From Candidatus Bathyarchaeia archaeon (lineage in GTDB: Archaea; Halobacteriota; Syntropharchaeia; Alkanophagales; Methanospirareceae), in assembly GCA_035529655.1 (NCBI GenBank), contig DATKWH010000105.1, positions 1 to 21,218 on the forward strand: 21,218 nt of DNA, given 5' to 3'. The notes under the pieces are model-generated. The model worked only from the letters and a program-made list of their open reading frames with translations, had not been told where the DNA came from and did no database searches. Position numbers and translations under genes: made by a program. This document shows positions 16,191 to 21,218 of this stretch, piece after piece (the first letter of the stretch is position 1; each line of letters starts with the position of its first letter).

Positions 16191-17416
16191 ATATACTGTT
16201 TTTACCAAAGCTGTTTCCCAGAGAGGACATTATAGGCGGACCCATACTCATCTATCACAGAATTAAGAATCTGTCTCCGATGGGACACAAGATAACCCTG
16301 ATTGCCCCGGCTTATACTGAGGTAGACCGGAATGATAAAAGTCTTGAGCCTTTTTGTGAAAGAATTATCAGGGTTGATTCTGTCCGGGAACGACATCGGG
16401 ATGAAGTAGAGGCGCGTTATAAAAGATTAAATAGACCGAGGGTTTTCTTAACAGGAGACGGCGGTTACGATGAAGGGATTGAGGATGCATTGAAACTGAC
16501 TTTGAAGGAGAAGCATTTTGATGTTGTTATTGCTGAATATTCGATGATGGGACAGTATATAGAGGCGAATCGCAATCTCATCCCCGCCGATACCATGACT
16601 GTGATTTCGGTACACGAATGCTACACGAAGGCATTTACACTAAGAGCTGCAAAAGGAGAGGATATCAGTGAAACTACAATAAAAGAGTTATTTAATTACG
16701 AGTTTAGGATGTACGACGTTGCTGATAGGATTTTAACTTTAACACGGGAGGATGGCGATATTCTGATAAACTATGCTCCTGAATTGAAGAACAAGATCAG
16801 AGTAGTGCCTCACGGCGTTGACACGGGCTTTTATACACCACCAAATAAGAAGTCGTGGGAAAGAAGCACTAAAAATATCCTTTACCTGGGTAATTTCCAG
16901 CATTATCCCAATGTAGATGCGGTGGAGAACTTTATCCACCACTGCTGGGATAGAATCCAGCAGGCAGTTCCGGATGCAAAGTTTTATGCAATTGGGTTCA
17001 ATCCGCCTCAAGAACTACTGGATTTTAGAAGTGAGAATGTGATTGTCAGGGAAGGGGGGGATGACGAGAATGTGCGGCGATTTTACTGGAATAGCGACGT
17101 GTTTGTGGCACCGATTGAGTTGGGCACGGGTTTCAGGGGAAAGCTCTTAGAGGCTATGGCTTGCGGTCTGCCCGTAGTTGCTACTCGACTGGCTACCTTT
17201 GGTATAAATCCTGAACATGGAGTAGACATGTTCGTGGCTGATGATTATGACGCTTTTTCCGAGTATGTGATTATGCTATTGAAGGATCTCGAACTCAGGA
17301 AGAAGATTAGTAATAACGCTTTGGAATTGTCAAAGAAATTTGACCACAAGCATGCCGCGGAGAAATTGGAGCAGGTGCTTAAAGAAGGGAAAGGTGGTAC
17401 TGGAAGAAGCAACTGA
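16187..17416 (+). CDS. GT4-family (GT-B fold, 'group 1') glycosyltransferase
   Basis: 409 aa. The C-terminal FVAPIELGTGFRGKLLEAMACGLPVVAT is the E-x7-E region typical of GT4 enzymes. 4-nt ATGA overlap with the upstream gene. Confidence 0.85.
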   Translation: MNILFLPKLFPREDIIGGPILIYHRIKNLSPMGHKITLIAPAYTEVDRNDKSLEPFCERIIRVDSVRERHRDEVEARYKRLNRPRVFLTGDGGYDEGIEDALKLTLKEKHFDVVIAEYSMMGQYIEANRNLIPADTMTVISVHECYTKAFTLRAAKGEDISETTIKELFNYEFRMYDVADRILTLTREDGDILINYAPELKNKIRVVPHGVDTGFYTPPNKKSWERSTKNILYLGNFQHYPNVDAVENFIHHCWDRIQQAVPDAKFYAIGFNPPQELLDFRSENVIVREGGDDENVRRFYWNSDVFVAPIELGTGFRGKLLEAMACGLPVVATRLATFGINPEHGVDMFVADDYDAFSEYVIMLLKDLELRKKISNNALELSKKFDHKHAAEKLEQVLKEGKGGTGRSN

Positions 17417-17498
17417 ATGGAACTATCAGATCTCAAGTAAGCAAGCCCTACAGAGCCTGCTTGGCCGTGGAGCAGAGCCTCACACTATCCATCATGAG

Positions 17499-17786
17499 TC
17501 AAAACGTGCTAGAACACATCTTCCTTGCAAGCCAAAATATATAAACCAGCGCAAAGGCCATGCATCCGGTGCCTAACAGAAATAAAACCAGAGCCATGCC
17601 CAAGGCAGCACTCGCGGGCGGAATAGATATGGTGGGATACAGGGCGGCGTAAAAGATCAATCCGAAAGCGATAAATTGGGACGACTTTTCCTTTTCCCTA
17701 TCGATCTCCTCCCGTACATCTTCATTCTCAGCGGTTCCAATAGTGCCCCTCGCCTGCTCTTCCACTTCACATCCGAGAATTTTCAT
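17499..17786 (-). CDS. Small membrane protein: acidic N-terminal segment plus two predicted TM helices
   Basis: 95-aa ORF. Hydrophobic stretches FIAFGLIFYAALYPTISI and ALGMALVLFLLGTGCMAFALVYIFWL. No recognisable family. Confidence 0.45.
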   Translation of the reverse strand: MKILGCEVEEQARGTIGTAENEDVREEIDREKEKSSQFIAFGLIFYAALYPTISIPPASAALGMALVLFLLGTGCMAFALVYIFWLARKMCSSTF

Positions 17787-17832
17787 CTCAATAAATAGCT
17801 AAAAACAGGAGCATATAACCTTTTCCTTTTTT

Positions 17833-17866
17833 GGCAATATTGCCCAAATTAAGCAATAATTTGGGC
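17833..17866. promoter_or_regulatory. Two overlapping perfect palindromes, candidate operator
   Basis: GGCAATATTGCC (17833-17844) is a perfect 12-bp palindrome. GCCCAAATT (17842-17850) / AATTTGGGC (17858-17866) are perfect 9-bp inverted repeats with a 7-nt spacer. They lie 47-80 bp upstream of the minus-strand start at 17786. Confidence 0.4.
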
Positions 17867-18104
17867 GACGGGGTGGGGATGCTGGACGGATGTGAGGGAG
17901 GGGTATTTATACGCTCTGAATTCGATAACTACGAATCAAGTTGAAGAGAATTTTGATTATTATGCATTTGACTGCTAATCACCAGGTTAACTATAATTGA
18001 CGCTTCTTTAATGTCTGCCTCGTTTCCACTTCGCTTTTAACTTTTCTTATAAAGATATTTTTCTATTTAAAAGTGTTACAAATAGACCCGATGATTTAGC
18101 GGAC

Positions 18105-18455
18105 ATGGCCATAATAGCCGGTTATGGTCTCGATTGGAAAATAATAGAACAGGAACTTAGAAATCAACAGGATTATTGGAAATGGCTGCCACATTATTAT
18201 CGTAGCTTGGAAGAACTCGAAGTAGAATATTCCATTATCGCACCGTCCAAAAAGAGGTTAGAAAAAGAAGCCGAAATAGCGATGGGCATAGGAGTAATAT
18301 TGAATCGTTTAGAAGAGCATCTACTTTCTTTGGATGATGTGTCAAAAATTCTCGATGCAGATGATTTAACCTTCTCACGTGAAGTATTGAAGAGAATGAA
18401 GACTTTAGGGCTTATAAAGGAAGATAGGGAACTCTATCATCTGATTCCTAGTTAA
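18105..18455 (+). CDS. Hypothetical protein, possible C-terminal winged-helix-like segment
   Basis: 116-aa ORF with TATA-like CTATTTAAAAG about 35 nt upstream. The C-terminal LSLDDVSKILDADDLTFSREVLKRMKTLGLIKE is HTH-like. No family recognised. Confidence 0.45.
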   Translation: MAIIAGYGLDWKIIEQELRNQQDYWKWLPHYYRSLEELEVEYSIIAPSKKRLEKEAEIAMGIGVILNRLEEHLLSLDDVSKILDADDLTFSREVLKRMKTLGLIKEDRELYHLIPS

Positions 18456-18629
18456 TTGTTATTACTGCCTTCAATTGTTAATTAAGTCACCCATTTCAAC
18501 ATCCCCCCCACAAACAGCCCCAGAACAACCAAACTCGCTCCCGCTATCATTGGTATTGTCTTTGCGGCGTTAAAGAACAGTTTAACTCTTACAAAAGCTT
18601 TAAATACCTCTTCTTCTGATTGTATTCTC

Positions 18630-18974
18630 ATGCCAGACGTTACAATCATAGACGTTACCGAGAACACTATTGATAAATATCCACCCGTATGCTTTCTCAA
18701 TCCCAAGAATGAAGGATATCAGATAAAGCGTGAGTGGTTACAAGGGCGTTTCTCCGAAGGTCTAAAAATCAAACTGCTCTATGTGGAGAACGAGAAAAAA
18801 CCGGTTGGCTTTATTGAATACGTACCCGGCGAGTACGCGTGGCGAGTGGTTGATGCCGCGGGCTATATGTTCATACACTGCATATGGATTTCTCCGAACA
18901 AATACAAAGAACAAGGATACGGTTCACGTCTCGTTGAAGAATGCATAAATGACGCAGAGAAGGGAGGGAAATAG
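18630..18974 (+). CDS. GNAT N-acetyltransferase half of a YoaP-like gene, ending at an in-frame TAG
   Basis: 114 aa. VTENTIDKYPPVCFLNPKNEGYQIKREWL...FIEYVPGEYAWRVV...YMFIHCIWI...QGYGSRLVEECINDAEKGGK matches the N-terminal two-thirds of YoaP-type GNAT proteins. TAG at 18972-18974. Confidence 0.78.
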   Translation: MPDVTIIDVTENTIDKYPPVCFLNPKNEGYQIKREWLQGRFSEGLKIKLLYVENEKKPVGFIEYVPGEYAWRVVDAAGYMFIHCIWISPNKYKEQGYGSRLVEECINDAEKGGK

Positions 18975-18983
18975 GGTGTTGCA

Positions 18984-19391
18984 GTGGTTACCAGTGAAGG
19001 GCCGTTCATGGCAGGCAAGGCCCTCTTTCTGAAAAATGGATTTAAGTCTGTGGTCAAGGCCAACCCTTTTGATTTGATGGCGAAACCCTTAAAAAAGGGA
19101 CCGTTGCCACAATTCAGGGATTGGGAAAAGCAGCTCAGTAAATACAAGGGATTGCACGTCATCTATGCAAATCAATGCCCGTGGGTTGCCCGATCCATTA
19201 ACGATCTACGCGAAATCTCAGCGAAAAAAGGGTTGGAATTACACGTAACGGAATTAAAAACTGCTCAAGACGCTCAGAATGCTCCGGCACTCTACGCCGT
19301 ATTCAACTTGGTCTATAACGGAAACCTGCTCGTAGACCATTATGTCTCGAACATACGATTCCAGAATATCATCAAAAAAGAGCGGCAATAA
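18984..19391 (+). CDS. C-terminal continuation of the same GNAT/YoaP-like gene
   Basis: Same reading frame as 18630-18974. GVAVVTSEGPFMAGKALFLKNGF...YKGLHVIYANQCPWVA...APALYAVFNLVYNGNLLVDHYVS continues the family pattern directly across the TAG. The GTG at 18984 is only the first possible restart. Confidence 0.72.
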   Translation: MVTSEGPFMAGKALFLKNGFKSVVKANPFDLMAKPLKKGPLPQFRDWEKQLSKYKGLHVIYANQCPWVARSINDLREISAKKGLELHVTELKTAQDAQNAPALYAVFNLVYNGNLLVDHYVSNIRFQNIIKKERQ

Positions 19392-19500
19392 ATTTTCAGG
19401 ATCTAATAGATAAACGAGCAGCCCACGCGGGTTCTAGAAAATATACTGAAGTATTTATAAGCTAATTCGCTATTATTTCACTTTTCAGTAAGGAACGAAT

Positions 19501-19830
19501 ATGACCCTGAGAAAGCCGGAGACATTCTGGACTTGCCTGGTTTTATTTGTCGTCGGTGCTGTGATCGCAGTAAATATAATCCTGTTCAATTTCTCCGATT
19601 TTACGCCTTTAGCGATCTTTGCGCTCCTAACGGGAATCGGCTTCATCGTTGCAGGTTATGGACTCTGGGTAATGAAGAGATGGGGTGCGATACTTGCCAT
19701 TATCCTGAGCGGTTTTAACTTGATCCAGATACTCATTTATACGACCTTGAGCATCTACACGCCGGGTGGCATTATAATTTATGCAGGAATTATATTGCTC
19801 GCGATACAGGAATGGCGGAAATTAAAATGA
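19501..19830 (+). CDS. Small integral membrane protein (about 4 TM helices)
   Basis: 109 aa, almost entirely hydrophobic segments separated by short polar loops. AAGGA lies 6 nt upstream of the ATG and TATA-like GTATTTATAAG is further upstream. Confidence 0.55.
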   Translation: MTLRKPETFWTCLVLFVVGAVIAVNIILFNFSDFTPLAIFALLTGIGFIVAGYGLWVMKRWGAILAIILSGFNLIQILIYTTLSIYTPGGIIIYAGIILLAIQEWRKLK

Positions 19831-20136
19831 TGTTCTGTTTGTAAGTTTATTGCTTCGTGAACTCGTACCTGCAAGCCATTGAGAAAAATCCGGTTACTAT
19901 TGAGGGCAGTAAGAGCCCATATATGGCGATGCTTTTGGCATCTTATAGCGACCAAGGCACTCATTTAATTATCCTCGTGCTGACTTTCTTAAGCGCTTCA
20001 TTGAACATATCACGAGTTTTATGCGTTCCTTTTGCTGTGTCCGATAAAATAGGCCCAAATGTATTTTAGGCGATTAGAACAGAAATTATGGGGAAAATGG
20101 GTAGTATTAATAGCTGAATTTGTTATTAACTGGTGT

Positions 20137-20913
20137 TTAGAAGGGCCTCCGGAGGAGCGCTTGCAAATATTCGCCCATCTTTTTCGAGCCCGCTACAAGC
20201 CTTTTATTCCTTTCTATAAACCTCGTTTTTTCCTCTGAAAGCTCTTCTATTACTTTTTGAAGCTCTTCATTCTTCTTTTTGAGTTTCCTTATGGCACCCT
20301 TCATCAGAGCTTTATCAATGCCTTCTCCTTTGCTGAATCTCCTTTTACTACCTTTTAGGTTCGTTACCTTCCATAAGTCCCATGCCGTTTCCCATCTAGC
20401 TCTAGGAAGTCCCTTCATCAACTCCAACTGCATACCGATCGCTAAGGCATTTTCCAGATCAGGATTTTCCGCAACTGTTTTACCTACATCCCATGCCAGC
20501 AACCATGCATCCTCTGGAAAAATTTTGGTCATGATATATAAAGATATACGGTCTGCTGAACTCACAAAAGATTCATTATCTTGCCTTTCAGGGTTATTTA
20601 AAAATTCTAAATATTTCCATCCCTGGCGTGATATGGTATAGACATACTCGTATCCCCGGAAGCAAGTTTTTCCGCTTTTAGTTTCGCATTCCCTCTTAAT
20701 TCTTTCCCGCTTCAAAAATCCCATCACGTATAATCGCCTAAGCTCGTTCGAGATTAATTTTGTACTGACCTCTGAGAGCATCGTTGAATCCTCTTTGAAT
20801 TTCTCTGATTCTGTGATGGAACGCCTTATCACAGAAGGGGGGATATCCCTGGTTTTGAACCCTTGTTTACCAAAGTGTGACCCGATTATCTGCAATACCT
20901 GCCTGAACTCCAT
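20137..20913 (-). CDS. Hypothetical protein: PadR-like winged helix followed by a basic coiled-coil tail
   Basis: 258 aa. LISNELRRLYVMGFLKRERIKRECETKSGKTCFRGYEYVYTISRQGWKYLEFL resembles a PadR-type wHTH. The C-terminus KGAIRKLKKKNEELQKVIEELSEEKTRFIERNKRL is coiled-coil-like. Noticeably AT-rich: a spot-counted 60-nt line had 20 G+C. Confidence 0.55.
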   Translation of the reverse strand: MEFRQVLQIIGSHFGKQGFKTRDIPPSVIRRSITESEKFKEDSTMLSEVSTKLISNELRRLYVMGFLKRERIKRECETKSGKTCFRGYEYVYTISRQGWKYLEFLNNPERQDNESFVSSADRISLYIMTKIFPEDAWLLAWDVGKTVAENPDLENALAIGMQLELMKGLPRARWETAWDLWKVTNLKGSKRRFSKGEGIDKALMKGAIRKLKKKNEELQKVIEELSEEKTRFIERNKRLVAGSKKMGEYLQALLRRPF

Positions 20914-20947
20914 AGTTCATCATATGATTATATGACGAACTTCTATT

Positions 20948-20972
20948 TAAAACTTTTTAGAAAAAAGTTTTA
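20948..20972. promoter_or_regulatory. 11-bp inverted repeat overlapping the TATA-like element of the 20913 gene
   Basis: TAAAACTTTTT (20948-20958) / AAAAAGTTTTA (20962-20972) with a 3-nt spacer. On the minus strand TTTTAAATA lies about 30-40 nt upstream of the ATG at 20913. Confidence 0.4.
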
Positions 20973-21014
20973 GCACAGGTTTTCTTTATAATGGGCCAGA
21001 CATCAAACTTTCTT

Positions 21015-21218
21015 TCACAAAGAAAGTTGGATCAAAGAAATTCTGAAGTTTTGGAATACACCTTTTCTAAAGGTTTGACGAGCATAGAAAGGAGCACTTA
21101 CTGCGATTTCCAAACCAGAAGTTCTTTCAAAATGTTCTATTTCTAACAATTCTCTAACGGCTTCATGAACATCATTAAAGCCGAACTTTCGTATTTCTTC
21201 TTCTACTTCTTCCTCCTT
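21015..21218 (-). CDS. 3' end of an unrecognised ORF running off the window edge
   Basis: The minus-strand frame is open from the window edge for 67 codons to a TGA at 21015-21017 (...EIRKFGFNDVHEAVRELLEIEHFERTSGLEIAVSAPFYARQTFRKGVFQNFRISLIQLSL*). A 10-bp hairpin (21006-21015 / 21019-28) spans the stop. A competing 57-aa plus-strand ORF exists. Confidence 0.3.
   Translation of the reverse strand, partial: KEEEVEEEIRKFGFNDVHEAVRELLEIEHFERTSGLEIAVSAPFYARQTFRKGVFQNFRISLIQLSL

Noticed and set aside
17870-17903. G-runs (GGGG-T-GGGG ... GGG-A-GGGG) as a G-quadruplex
   Set aside because: The central loop would be 17 nt. It is a single occurrence with no positional logic, too weak to call.
17901-18045. 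Strong TATA-like GTATTTATAC with no ORF behind it, as a possible small RNA gene
   Set aside because: The element is nearly palindromic and could belong to either strand. I see no convincing structure or terminator-bounded unit. Only transcript data could support it.
18482-18706. Small hydrophobic minus-strand ORF (74 aa, or 49 aa from the ATG at 18631)
   Set aside because: Its possible starts either overlap the well-supported GNAT N-terminus or share the start-codon bases with it (CATG at 18629-18632). It also covers the only place where the GNAT promoter can lie (BRE/TATA-like acaaaagctttaaata at about 18590-18606). A real micro-protein cannot be fully excluded.
19779-20069. ORFs 19857-20069 (+) and 19779-19964 (-)
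   Set aside because: They have a GTG start or overlap the membrane-protein gene, with no RBS and no recognisable motifs. The region looks non-coding or degenerate.
20992-21165. 57-aa plus-strand ORF (MGQTSNFLSQRKLDQ...) overlapping the edge ORF
   Set aside because: It has no RBS or promoter-like element, and its composition is less protein-like than the opposite-strand frame that stays open to the window edge. I kept the minus-strand call at low confidence.

Overview
Archaeal chromosomal window with BRE/TATA-like promoters, GGAGG-type ribosome-binding sites, ribosomal stalk protein P1, TrmY, DUF424 and Fae-Hps. A bacterial-type MetF/MetV pair alongside methanogen-style housekeeping genes suggests an ANME-1 / Syntropharchaeia-like methane- or alkane-metabolising euryarchaeon; this is inference from gene content only. 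Left to right: metF-metV operon (-); a decayed copy of the hydrogenase promoter and 5' end; a V4R-domain protein (+) abutting a small wHTH regulator (-); a [NiFe]-hydrogenase small/large subunit pair (+) with no Tat signal; a decayed fragment of the maturation protease and then the intact protease (-); Fae-Hps (-); a small conserved hypothetical (-); tRNA-Ile (-); DUF424 (+); a TrkA-N/DHH-DHHA1 phosphoesterase (-); two frameshifted transposase fragments butted against a decayed beta-helix surface-protein gene with a VPxxxP-type C-terminal sorting signal; MtaD-like deaminase (+); TrmY (+); tRNA-Glu (-); ribosomal protein P1 (-); a translationally coupled GT-A-like/GT4 glycosyltransferase pair (+). 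The last ~4 kb is an accessory-looking stretch: small membrane proteins, a GNAT/YoaP-like gene split by one in-frame TAG, and an AT-rich wHTH/coiled-coil gene. No rRNA or CRISPR array is visible. The best leads centre on the hydrogenase locus. It is cytoplasmic and has no adjacent electron-transfer partner. Fossil duplications on both flanks bracket an inserted V4R/wHTH sensor-regulator-like module. The large subunit carries a two-residue insertion in its C-terminal nickel-binding/cleavage motif. Separately, TAG is never used as a terminator in this window yet interrupts an otherwise intact gene. All family assignments come from reading motifs by eye; no database search was possible.
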